From Clostridia bacterium (GTDB taxonomy: Bacteria > Bacillota > Clostridia > Oscillospirales > Acutalibacteraceae): DNA of 64,000 nt. Position 1 is the first letter of the stretch, and each line of letters opens with the position of its first letter. The position numbers and the translations under genes were made by a program. Location: assembly GCA_017443405.1 (NCBI GenBank), contig JAFRXS010000208.1, positions 625 to 64,624 of the forward strand. The letters are read 5' to 3'. The notes beneath the pieces are model-generated. The model was given only the letters and a program-made list of their open reading frames with translations. It was not told where the DNA came from and searched no databases. Below are positions 52,551-61,545 of the stretch, piece by piece.

Positions 52551-54461
52551 ATGAAAAAAACAGCCGCGGGAAAGAAGATCGCAACCGTATCCGCCCTCGC
52601 CTTATGCGCGGCGGCTGTTGCTTTTTGTCTTTTTTTCTTTTTGCGCGGCGGCTCCGACCCGCTTGAAAACCTCCGGGTGAATCCGTACGGCGGCTCGAAA
52701 AACGACGCCGATACCGTCGTATGGAACAAGATAGGGGAGAGTTATTATCTCTTTCTTCCGTCGGACGCAGACGTTTCCTCGCTGCGCGTGTTTTTCCGGC
52801 CCTTCACGAAAGTGACCGTTGACGGCGACCCCGTTGTCAGCGGCAGAGAGACGGACGTCTTTTCCGGCGGCGGCAGGTTTACTCTCGAGTGCCGCGGGAC
52901 GGAGTATCCTCTCACGGTCATGCGGTCCGAAAACATCCCCGCCGTGTTCATCACCACCGATACCGGCGGACTTGCGTATATCCACAAGGACAAGGACAAC
53001 AAAGTCCCCGGGAGGCTCATCGTCCGTGAAGGCGGGCGTATCACGCTCGACGAGAGGCTCAGCCGCATAAAAATGCGGGGCAACAGCTGGGAGGAAACGC
53101 CTGAGGATTATCTCAAGGCGTATAACATAAAATTCGAGACCCGGCAATCCCTGCTCGGGCTCGGCAAAGCGAAAAAATGGTCGCTTTTGTACTCCGAGGT
53201 CGAGCGAAATCAGTTCGCTCTCGGTCTGGCTAAACGCGCCGGGATAGAGTTTACCCCGGACTGCGCGCCCGCCGATCTTTATATCGACGGCGACTACCGC
53301 GGGACTTATCTTTTCTGTGAGAGCGTGCAGATCGCGAAGAACCGCGTGGACATCCCCGATCTCAAGGATGCGAACGAAGCCGCCAATCCCGGCGTCGACA
53401 TAAAAAAGTGTGCTCTTGCGGGCGACAGGAACAGCGAATCCACAATACCCGGATCTCGAAAGTGGGTCGAAATACCGAACGATCCGTCAAATATCAGCGG
53501 GGGATATCTGATAGAACTTGACTCGTACGAAAGGTACTGCGAGGAGATCTCCGGATTCGTTTCGAGCCTTTCTACGCCCATAGTCATAAAATCCCCCGAG
53601 TACGCCTCTGAAGCCGAGGTCGATTATATTTCGGATTACTGGCAGGAAGCGGAGGACGCTCTGTACTCCGATACGGGCTATAACTCTCAGGGAGGCTACT
53701 ACTCCGATTATTTCGATCTTGATTCGCTCGTTAAAGTCTTTATCGTACAGGAGTTCTGCATGAACGGCGACGCCGGGGGAACAAGCTGCTTTTTCTACAA
53801 AAAGCCGGACGGAAAGCTTTACGCAGGGCCGGTATGGGATTACAACGGAGCGTTGGGTGCGGAAAAGATTGATTACGAGGGCTTGAAGCTCGGAGACCCG
53901 ACGACCTGGTGGACGGTCCAGCGTGTTCGCGAAGAGGTGGACGACGTGCCGTTCTTCTTCGGTATGCTTTTCCGTCACGGCGATTTCCGCGAAGCGGTGC
54001 AAAAAGCTTGGCCCGATTTCTCGTCTGTCTATCTCGACGGCGCGGCGGAAAGTGTCGACGCTTCGGGCGCTTCCCTGTCGGCTTCGTCCGTCATGAAGGC
54101 TATGCGCTGGCAACTGTACGGCTCTGTCGCCACGCCCGAGCTGACCGGCAGCATCTACCGCTCCAAGGTCGTCGCTCTGAGAAAATATATAACCGCCAGG
54201 ACCGCGAACCTCGACAGGGGCTTCTCGGCGGATTCGGCTTATTTCAGATACGATCCCAACGGCGGACGCGGCCACGTTTACGATTCTCCGATACTTTCCG
54301 CCGGGGAAAAGATAAAGCTGTCGGGTAACGCTTATTCAAAAGACGGGGCGGTCTTTATCGGTTGGAATACCGAGGCGGACGGAAGCGGTACGGATTGCTT
54401 CCCGGGTGAAGAGGTGACTCTTGACGCCGGGTATACGGTGTTCTACGCCCAATGGAAATAA
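52551..54461 (+). CDS. CotH-family protein, paralog 2, same architecture
   Basis: The anchor is IATVSALALCAAAVAFCLFFFL. Core motifs are KAYNIKF, KKWSLLY, DLYIDGDYRGTYL, YLIELD and FFYKKPDGKLYAGPVWDYN. The C-terminal segment is YDPNGGRG...YSKDGAVFIGWNTEADGSG...TVFYAQWK. Confidence 0.65.
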   Translation: MKKTAAGKKIATVSALALCAAAVAFCLFFFLRGGSDPLENLRVNPYGGSKNDADTVVWNKIGESYYLFLPSDADVSSLRVFFRPFTKVTVDGDPVVSGRETDVFSGGGRFTLECRGTEYPLTVMRSENIPAVFITTDTGGLAYIHKDKDNKVPGRLIVREGGRITLDERLSRIKMRGNSWEETPEDYLKAYNIKFETRQSLLGLGKAKKWSLLYSEVERNQFALGLAKRAGIEFTPDCAPADLYIDGDYRGTYLFCESVQIAKNRVDIPDLKDANEAANPGVDIKKCALAGDRNSESTIPGSRKWVEIPNDPSNISGGYLIELDSYERYCEEISGFVSSLSTPIVIKSPEYASEAEVDYISDYWQEAEDALYSDTGYNSQGGYYSDYFDLDSLVKVFIVQEFCMNGDAGGTSCFFYKKPDGKLYAGPVWDYNGALGAEKIDYEGLKLGDPTTWWTVQRVREEVDDVPFFFGMLFRHGDFREAVQKAWPDFSSVYLDGAAESVDASGASLSASSVMKAMRWQLYGSVATPELTGSIYRSKVVALRKYITARTANLDRGFSADSAYFRYDPNGGRGHVYDSPILSAGEKIKLSGNAYSKDGAVFIGWNTEADGSGTDCFPGEEVTLDAGYTVFYAQWK

Positions 54462-54531
54462 ACAGGTATCTGTCGGATCGTATCATTATTGAATATCAGT
54501 GTTTTTCTGTAATATCACGGAGGATGCGTCA

Positions 54532-56346
54532 TTGTTTGATAAACGTACCGCCAAAACAGTATATACGGATATCGCATTTATTGTGGCGTTGGTATCGTTT
54601 TGTTCGCTTTTTGTCTATAAGGCGTTTCACTCAGTCTGCGATAACGACGAGAGCTCGATCATTTTTTACGCGCTTAGGTATGTCACAGGCGCGCGCGTAT
54701 TGTTTGAGGAAAGGCTCTCCGGCATCTTCGTTCTGCCCGTCGTAAAGCTGTGGTACGCTCTCGCCGGGACGACCGAGGGCATCGTACTGTTTTCGCGGCT
54801 GTCATTCGTCGCGTCGCAGACGGCGGTTGCCGCTTTCCTTTACTCACGGCTGAGAAAATACGGCGTTTTCTCTGTGCCCGCCGTCCTGATTTGGTATTTC
54901 AACGTCCCGTCCTGGTCGATGACCCTGCTGTATTACAATACCGTAGTCGTCATGATGACGGGCGTCGTCGCAGCGCTGGTGCTATCGATCCCAAAGCGTC
55001 GTTCGGGGCTCCATATGTTCTTTATCGGTTTTGCCGGGGCTGTCGCGATCCTCTGCTCTCCCTTTTCTGCTTCGGCATATTTTGCCTATACCGTCGCGGT
55101 TGCGGTCTGCTTTATCCGAGCGAAAAAACGCCCCGCGAGCTTCGCCGCGCCCGTCATGCTCAGGCCAGGCTCGTGGCTGCTCGTGACGCTCGGAGCTTTC
55201 TTTGTTGCTGCTGCCGTCGTTGTTTACCTGTTTCAAGGGACGTCTCCGGAACAGGTTCTCGCTGAGTATACGTTCTTTAACGGTGACGGTTCGTCCGGCG
55301 GCGCGATATCCGTTATCTTCGGTTCAAAGGATAAACTGGCTCCGCTGTTCCTGGCGTATCTTCCTCTGACTGTCGGAGTCATCCTGCCCCCGTCGATCCT
55401 GACGCTCGCCGCGGCGGTCGATAAAAAACGGGTCGGTCACGGGGAGGTCTACATCATCGCCGGGACTGTCGTCTGTATCGTGTGTGACGCCGTGATCCTG
55501 TTTTATAAAACATACTCAGAAGTAAACAGGGCGCTTGAGAACATTCTGCTTTTGTATGCCGTATTCGCTCTTTACGGTCTGCTTTGCTATCTCGTTACCG
55601 AAAAAAAGGAGCGTTTGGTCTTTACCACGCTGTTTTGCGGAGGTCTTTTTGCCGCGATCATGAGGTGCTGCGAATCGCAAAGCTTCGTATTCGCCGGCGC
55701 TGCGGTGATGTCAGGTTGTCTCGCGGGCGCGGCCGTATCTGCTGGAAAGAAGGCGGAGGAGGGCTTCGTCAGGGGAAGCAAATCAGGGAAAGCGATCGCG
55801 GTCCTGATCGCCGCCGCCATGAGCGTTCAGCTTTTTTCTCAGGTCTTTCTGTTCCTGAATATGAGGTTTTCAGTTGAAAACCACTACGGCGCAAGCATCA
55901 GCGCGGACAGGCTCGACTCTCGTATCGGTTCCGGTCCTCTGAAAGGTATATACACGACTGAAGCCATGGCGGAATACTATTCCGGTATTATGTCGGATAT
56001 CGAAGTTATCAAAGCCGAGACCGAAGGACAGGTCCTTACGACAAACGAGCTCACCTGGATATATCTTGCCCTGGGTGACAGAGCGACCGCTATGTACAGC
56101 GAGTATTTGGACAACGAATGGGTCGACGCAGAGAGTATGCGGCAGTACTACGAGCGTTATCCCGATACGGTCCCGGGCTGCATCTACGTCACATACCGGG
56201 ATGTCTCCTCAACACGTTCCGGAGTCATTCTGCCGTCTGTTCGCGTCGCAGAACCGGAACAGAAGGACCTGTTCAGGGAAATAATCAATAATTATCCGGG
56301 GAGAGTCACGTTCGGGGAATCGGGATATATAATAGATCTTCGATAA
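54532..56346 (+). CDS. GT-C-like polytopic membrane protein (paralog G4 of 6)
   Basis: ORF 54499..56346. The TTG at 54532 lies 9 nt after a GGAGG. Motifs: CDNDESSIIFYALRYVTGARVLFEERLSGIF, GPLKGIYT, and WIYLALGD in the tail. Confidence 0.5.
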   Translation: MFDKRTAKTVYTDIAFIVALVSFCSLFVYKAFHSVCDNDESSIIFYALRYVTGARVLFEERLSGIFVLPVVKLWYALAGTTEGIVLFSRLSFVASQTAVAAFLYSRLRKYGVFSVPAVLIWYFNVPSWSMTLLYYNTVVVMMTGVVAALVLSIPKRRSGLHMFFIGFAGAVAILCSPFSASAYFAYTVAVAVCFIRAKKRPASFAAPVMLRPGSWLLVTLGAFFVAAAVVVYLFQGTSPEQVLAEYTFFNGDGSSGGAISVIFGSKDKLAPLFLAYLPLTVGVILPPSILTLAAAVDKKRVGHGEVYIIAGTVVCIVCDAVILFYKTYSEVNRALENILLLYAVFALYGLLCYLVTEKKERLVFTTLFCGGLFAAIMRCCESQSFVFAGAAVMSGCLAGAAVSAGKKAEEGFVRGSKSGKAIAVLIAAAMSVQLFSQVFLFLNMRFSVENHYGASISADRLDSRIGSGPLKGIYTTEAMAEYYSGIMSDIEVIKAETEGQVLTTNELTWIYLALGDRATAMYSEYLDNEWVDAESMRQYYERYPDTVPGCIYVTYRDVSSTRSGVILPSVRVAEPEQKDLFREIINNYPGRVTFGESGYIIDLR

Positions 56347-56369
56347 GACGTCTGCCCGGGGAGGCGAAT

Positions 56370-58217
56370 ATGAATACCGGCGGTTCTGCCCGCGGAAAAA
56401 TCAGCATATATGACGTGGCTTTTATTGCTGGAGCAATGATCTGCGTCGGGCTGCTCGCGTACAAGGCGTTTTTTTCGTTAGGCTACGATGACGAGAGCGA
56501 GATCATACTCAACTCCCTGCGTTTTGTACGCGGGGACAGGATGCTCGTCGACGACTGGCACGTTTCCCAGTTGAGCTCGTTTTTTCTTTATCCTTTTATC
56601 CTGGCGTATCATAAGCTGACCGGCTCGGCAGAAGGGATCGTTCTTTTCTCCCGCGTCGTTTACGTCTTCGTCAAGACGTTCGTTTCTGCGGCGGCGTATA
56701 TCACGCTGCGCCCGTATAAAAAAGGAGCCGTCGCCGCCTCGCTGCTTTTCCTCATCCACGAGCCGGTCTGGACCTCGTTGACCATTTACTACAACACCGG
56801 TCTGCTTCTTGCCGGCGAGTGCCTTTCGCTTCTGCTGTTTTCCCTTGATTCCGGGCGCGCGCGGCTGAAAACGTATCTTATAGGCGTGTGCTGCGCGTTA
56901 TGCGTCGTCGCCTCGCCCTATACAGCCGTCCTTTTCGCGGGCTATACCGCCGCCGTGACCGCCGCTGCCGTCAAGGGGCGGATAAAAAAAGCGCGCGGCG
57001 CGGACGGAGGGAAAGCCGCAGGCTTTTCTTTGCTGACTGCGAAGAGCTGGCTCACCGTTTCGGCGGGCATAGCGACCGTCGCGCTCGTTTTCTTCGCGTA
57101 TCTGATGAGAAGCAACTCGTTCGGAGAGATAGTCAAAAACCTGCCGATGGTCTTTTATGACGACGAGTACACCGCCGGCGTGCTTTCCGGCTTCGCCGAC
57201 CTGCCGGTCAACATGAAGAGGTATCTGCTTCATGTCGCCTCCGTAATCCCCGTGTGGGCGAGCGCCGCCGGCGCGGCCGTTCTCATAGCCGCAGCCGTCG
57301 ACAGGGGACGGGTCAGACGCCGCATAGTCTATATCGTCCCGATGTTTGCGGTCTGCCTGTTCGGAGTCGTATATCCTTACGCCTCCGGGGATGGAGCGGC
57401 GGGGGATCGCAGATATGAATCGTTGATCTTCGCGGCATTCGGCGTTCTGTGCTATATGCTGACGGTCGGCAGGAATAAAAGAGTTTTTCGTTTTCTGTTC
57501 GTCCCCGGTGCGCTCATGACCATCCTTCGGACGCTGGAGTCCGATATCTTCTTTGCCTCCGGGGCGATGATCGCTCCGGTCGCCCTGACCGGCGCCGCGC
57601 TGATGATCGCAGACTGCTTCCGCGAGATCGTAAAGAACGCGCCGTCAAGGGCTTTCTCCCGCTGCGCGGCGGTATTCGCCGCCCTGTTCTTCGCCGTCCA
57701 GTTCTGCTACCGGTTCGACAATCTGCGTTCGCCCGCCTCCTTCGTGGAGTATGAGTACGGCGACAGCGTCACCGCGGGCAAAATGTCCGAAAGACTCGGG
57801 CGCGGCCCGATGAAAGGGCTTTTTACTGCGAGGTGGACGGCGAGGATGTACTGTTCGGCGCTGGACGACCTCGATCTGATAGCCTCGCGGTGCGACGGGC
57901 CGGTGATGGTCCCCGACGAGGTCTGCTGGATCTATATGTACCTTGACGATATGCCGATGGGCTCGTACAGCGGTTATATCGTCGCCGAAAACTGGGTGGA
58001 GTTCGACAGCGTCAAAATGCGCCGGTATTACGAGCGTCACCCCGAGCGGTATCCGTCCGTTATCTACATTCCGTATTTCACGGCGAATTACGAGCGCAAA
58101 AATCCGGCTCTGCGCGAGGTCGTCGACTCGATAAGGGCAGAGTACCCCGGGGAAATAAATAAAGGTCGGGCGGGATATATCTACTATGTCTCCCGCGGAG
58201 AAACGAATGAGGAATAA
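56370..58217 (+). CDS. GT-C-like polytopic membrane protein (paralog G5 of 6)
   Basis: LGYDDESEIILNSLRFVRGDRMLVDDWHVSQL, GPMKGLFT, WIYMYLDD and PSVIYIPY. Confidence 0.55.
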   Translation: MNTGGSARGKISIYDVAFIAGAMICVGLLAYKAFFSLGYDDESEIILNSLRFVRGDRMLVDDWHVSQLSSFFLYPFILAYHKLTGSAEGIVLFSRVVYVFVKTFVSAAAYITLRPYKKGAVAASLLFLIHEPVWTSLTIYYNTGLLLAGECLSLLLFSLDSGRARLKTYLIGVCCALCVVASPYTAVLFAGYTAAVTAAAVKGRIKKARGADGGKAAGFSLLTAKSWLTVSAGIATVALVFFAYLMRSNSFGEIVKNLPMVFYDDEYTAGVLSGFADLPVNMKRYLLHVASVIPVWASAAGAAVLIAAAVDRGRVRRRIVYIVPMFAVCLFGVVYPYASGDGAAGDRRYESLIFAAFGVLCYMLTVGRNKRVFRFLFVPGALMTILRTLESDIFFASGAMIAPVALTGAALMIADCFREIVKNAPSRAFSRCAAVFAALFFAVQFCYRFDNLRSPASFVEYEYGDSVTAGKMSERLGRGPMKGLFTARWTARMYCSALDDLDLIASRCDGPVMVPDEVCWIYMYLDDMPMGSYSGYIVAENWVEFDSVKMRRYYERHPERYPSVIYIPYFTANYERKNPALREVVDSIRAEYPGEINKGRAGYIYYVSRGETNEE

Positions 58218-60054
58218 GACGCGCGGCGTCGGAAAGATCGATAAATGGGACCTCGTTTTCGCTGCGGGTCTTATTGCCTGCGTCTGTCTTATGCTTTATA
58301 AGGCGCTTATGTCGACCGGCGATGACGACGAGCACGTGCTTATCCTCAACGCCTTCCGTCTTGCCCGGGGCGACCGACTGCTTGTCGACGACTGGCACAT
58401 GTCGCACATGAGCGGCATTTTCCTCGCTCCGTTTCTTTGGGTCTTCCACGCTGTCACCGGCTCATGCGACGGCATGGTACTTTATTCCCGCTGCGTCTTT
58501 ATCGCCGTTCAGGCGGCTGTCGGCGCCGCGACCTATCTCACCCTGCGGAGATACGGCCGTCCGTCCGCAGCGGCTGCGTCGCTCGTTTTCTTTTTCAACG
58601 TGCCGACCTACACCGATATGGTGCTTTACTATAACTCAACGCTCTGTCTGGCGGCTCAGCTCTGCTCTTTGCTGCTTATCTCCGTCTGCGGACGTTTCTC
58701 GTTCGTAAAAGCCGTGCTCGCAGGCGTGCTGTTCTCTGTCTGTGTTATTTCGTCCCCCTACGCCGCATTTATTTTCCTCGCATACACCCTGTCCGTTCCC
58801 GTATACCGCGCGGTCGTAAAGAAACGCGGCGGAGCGTTCGCTCCCGTTTTCGGCTTTAAATGCTGGGCGGGCGTTACTCTGGGCGTCGTTCTTTCGGCGG
58901 CGGTTTTCGCCGCGGCCGTGCTGAGCCGCGCGAGCCTCGACGAGCTTCGCGTGAGCATACCGATGCTGCTGAGCGACGGCGATTATCCCGGCGGCGCGGC
59001 GGACGGCATAATCAATCTGTTCTCGAAGTACAAAAAGTTTTTCACCCGTCACAGCTTTGCCTTCATAGCGCCCTTCGCTGCGGCCGGAGGTGTTCTTGCC
59101 CTCGTCGCGGCGTTTGACCGCGGACGGAAAAGGCGGCGCTGTGTATACGTCCTGCTCGCCTGCGCATGGTACGCGGCGTCTGTCGCCGCGACGCTCCTGC
59201 ATAAAGCTTCCCTGACGGTGAAGCCGCAGATCGCCGTCGCTCTGCCGGGCATGATCTTCACGCTCGCGGGCTTTGTCGTTTATATCTGCGTATCAAAGAA
59301 AAACAAACCGGTCTATCTGATACCGACCGTGCTCGGCCTGCTTGCCGCGTTCGCCAGGAGCTGCGAATCCGAGATGGTAATTTTCGCTTTCGGGACCGTC
59401 GTGCCCGTCTGTCTTACCGGCGCGGTCATGGCGTTCGGCGGCGCCGCGCGCGAGCTCTTTGTCGACGGCGGCGCGCGCGCGGGGCTCAAAAAGGCGGCGG
59501 CAGTTTCGCTTGCCGTTGTCACCGCGCTCGAGCTGTCTGTTCAGGCAGGCGTGAACGTCTACCCCAAATTCAACGACGAGTATACCTATTACGGCGTCGC
59601 CCGAAGCGAAAAGCTCGACACAAGGATAAGCGTCGGCCCGCTTAAGGGGCTTTACACGACCGCGAACGAGGAAAAGCTCTACCTCGACACGCTTGCCGAC
59701 CTCGACCTCATCAAATCCGAGTGCGAAGGGCCCGTCATGGTCGCCTCCAAGCTCTCGTGGGCATATCTGTATATGGATTCGCTGACGGTAGGCGCGTTCA
59801 GCGGCTGCCTTGACAGCAGCGACTGGCTGCCGTACAAGAGCGAAAAGATGAAGCTGTATTTCAAGCAGTATCCCGAGCGTTATCCCGAGTTCATCTATAT
59901 ACCTTATTACGACAACCACGCCAGGGTATATTATCTTCTGAGAGTGAAGACCCCGGTCGAGATACAAAAGGGCATTTTCGAGAACGTCAGAGAGGATTAT
60001 CCCGGCGAGCTCACTCGCGGCAAGGCCGGATATATTATCAGGACGCAGGCATGA
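58207..60054 (+). CDS. GT-C-like polytopic membrane protein (paralog G6 of 6)
   Basis: ORF 58186..60054, with an ATG at 58207 (MRNKTRGVG). Motifs: STGDDDEHVLILNAFRLARGDRLLVDDWHMSHM, GPLKGLYT, WAYLYMDS and PEFIYIPY. Confidence 0.55.
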   Translation: MRNKTRGVGKIDKWDLVFAAGLIACVCLMLYKALMSTGDDDEHVLILNAFRLARGDRLLVDDWHMSHMSGIFLAPFLWVFHAVTGSCDGMVLYSRCVFIAVQAAVGAATYLTLRRYGRPSAAAASLVFFFNVPTYTDMVLYYNSTLCLAAQLCSLLLISVCGRFSFVKAVLAGVLFSVCVISSPYAAFIFLAYTLSVPVYRAVVKKRGGAFAPVFGFKCWAGVTLGVVLSAAVFAAAVLSRASLDELRVSIPMLLSDGDYPGGAADGIINLFSKYKKFFTRHSFAFIAPFAAAGGVLALVAAFDRGRKRRRCVYVLLACAWYAASVAATLLHKASLTVKPQIAVALPGMIFTLAGFVVYICVSKKNKPVYLIPTVLGLLAAFARSCESEMVIFAFGTVVPVCLTGAVMAFGGAARELFVDGGARAGLKKAAAVSLAVVTALELSVQAGVNVYPKFNDEYTYYGVARSEKLDTRISVGPLKGLYTTANEEKLYLDTLADLDLIKSECEGPVMVASKLSWAYLYMDSLTVGAFSGCLDSSDWLPYKSEKMKLYFKQYPERYPEFIYIPYYDNHARVYYLLRVKTPVEIQKGIFENVREDYPGELTRGKAGYIIRTQA

Positions 60055-61517
60055 ACGTATTGCTCATAGAACCCGCGGTCGGCTTTTACGACCGTACTAT
60101 GTCGACTCCGCTGGGGCTTCTCTCCATCGGGTCCTATTTGAAGTATCACGGTCATAACGTCCGCATCCTTGACAGGAGCCTCGAAAAAACGACTCTGAAA
60201 ACGGTCTGCGATGAGTTCCGCCCCGACGTCGCCGGCGTTTCCGTCATGTCGTCAAGAGGACTTTCCGACGCGATCGGGGTTTCAAAGCTTCTTAAGTCAT
60301 TCGGTCTTACCGTCGTCTGGGGCGGTCAGCTGCCCACGTTTTATCCTGAGCTCGTTATTGAAAAGGAGTATGTGGATATCGTGTCCGTGGGCGAGGGCGA
60401 GGAGACGTGGCTGGAGCTTCTTGACCGGTTCTCCAAGGGCGCAGATATCGACGGAGTACTCGGCGTGGTTTATAAAAAAGACGGCGCCGTCATCCGTACC
60501 GCTTGCCGCCCGTTCAGCGACCTCAGCTCTTTCCCGCCGACGGATTGGTCGCTGATAGACGTGCCCAAATATATGCAGACGTACATCGGCTGCAAAAAAA
60601 TGATGTACCTTTATTCCTCCAAGGGCTGCCCGGGGCGCTGCGCGTTCTGCTCAAACGTCACCTACCACAAAAGCACGCACCGCGACCGGCCGAACGAACA
60701 GGTCGTCGCCGAGATCAGGTATCTTTACGAGAACTACGGGCTGGACGGCGTTTACTTCTCAGACGAGGTCTGGCGCCTCAGGCGCTCCGATATGCAGGAT
60801 TTCTGCCGCCGCATGAAGGAGGAGGGTATGCCCGTCAGGTGGGGCGTCGACCTGCGCGTCGGCATATTCAACGAGGAGGATTACCGCCTTATGTATGAGG
60901 CGGGCTGCCGGTGGATCTTCTTCGGCATAGAGAGCGGCTCGCGCGAGATGCAGCGTCTGATACACAAGAACATAGACTACGACGCGATAAAACCGACTGT
61001 TGAGCTTCTCAACCGCATCGGCTATACGACCATGTCGTCCTTTATCGTCGGTTTTCCCGACGAGACCGAACAGCAGCTTCGCGACACGGCCGCGATGCTC
61101 AATTCACTTCCGATCGGCCTCACGCCGATCTTCCACTTCACCCCGCTCCCCGGCACGGAGCTTTACGAAAAACTGGTCGCCGACGGACGGCTGATCCCGC
61201 CGCGCAGGCTCGAGGACCTGCTCGAGGTCATACCGACCGAGACCTTGGGCGTCAATTACTCCGCCGTACCCGACCGGGACCTCAAGGTCGTTCGCAACTG
61301 GTTCCACTGGAAGAGCTTCACGAAGAAAAACGCCATTCAGGACTCAAAGCCGTTCGAGTTCGCGCGGCAGACGATCAAAAGCACGCTGAAAGAGATCTCA
61401 AAAATGGGGTTCCACGGTTTGTTTGTGAACGTCTTTTCCGCCGCTTTTGAGTTCCTTTACGTGTTTTGGTATTCGCATATGTTTCCGGGCGTAAAGAAAA
61501 AATACGGACTGAGGTGA
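60051..61517 (+). CDS. B12-binding-domain radical SAM protein, short class (rSAM-A3)
   Basis: PLGLLSIGSYLKYHGHNVRILD, PDVAGVSVMS, LTVVWGGQLPT and SKGCPGRCAFC. An ATGA overlap links it to G6. Confidence 0.8.
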   Translation: MNVLLIEPAVGFYDRTMSTPLGLLSIGSYLKYHGHNVRILDRSLEKTTLKTVCDEFRPDVAGVSVMSSRGLSDAIGVSKLLKSFGLTVVWGGQLPTFYPELVIEKEYVDIVSVGEGEETWLELLDRFSKGADIDGVLGVVYKKDGAVIRTACRPFSDLSSFPPTDWSLIDVPKYMQTYIGCKKMMYLYSSKGCPGRCAFCSNVTYHKSTHRDRPNEQVVAEIRYLYENYGLDGVYFSDEVWRLRRSDMQDFCRRMKEEGMPVRWGVDLRVGIFNEEDYRLMYEAGCRWIFFGIESGSREMQRLIHKNIDYDAIKPTVELLNRIGYTTMSSFIVGFPDETEQQLRDTAAMLNSLPIGLTPIFHFTPLPGTELYEKLVADGRLIPPRRLEDLLEVIPTETLGVNYSAVPDRDLKVVRNWFHWKSFTKKNAIQDSKPFEFARQTIKSTLKEISKMGFHGLFVNVFSAAFEFLYVFWYSHMFPGVKKKYGLR

Positions 61518-61540
61518 CCCTCAGTCCGTATTCGTTTATT
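61502..61540. terminator. bidirectional terminator closing operon 3 and the convergent acyltransferase gene
   Basis: ATACGGACTGAGG-TGAC-CCTCAGTCCGTAT, a 13-14 bp stem. The rSAM-A3 stop codon lies in the loop. An A-run precedes the stem and a T-rich tail follows it. Confidence 0.7.
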
Positions 61541-61545
61541 CGGCG

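Noticed and set aside
54462-54531. An internal promoter between CotH-2 and G4 (TTGAAT ... TAATAT).
   Set aside because: The spacer is only 15 nt. The 70-nt gap may simply carry the RBS (GGAGG at 54518), so I did not call a promoter.
26165-61540. A conventional capsule, EPS, O-antigen or teichoic acid locus.
   Set aside because: I could not recognise an initiating phosphoglycosyltransferase, Wzx/Wzy/Wzz, a TagGH-type ABC exporter, an LCP ligase, CDP-glycerol or ribitol enzymes, or nucleotide-sugar synthases. The composition therefore does not fit these classes.
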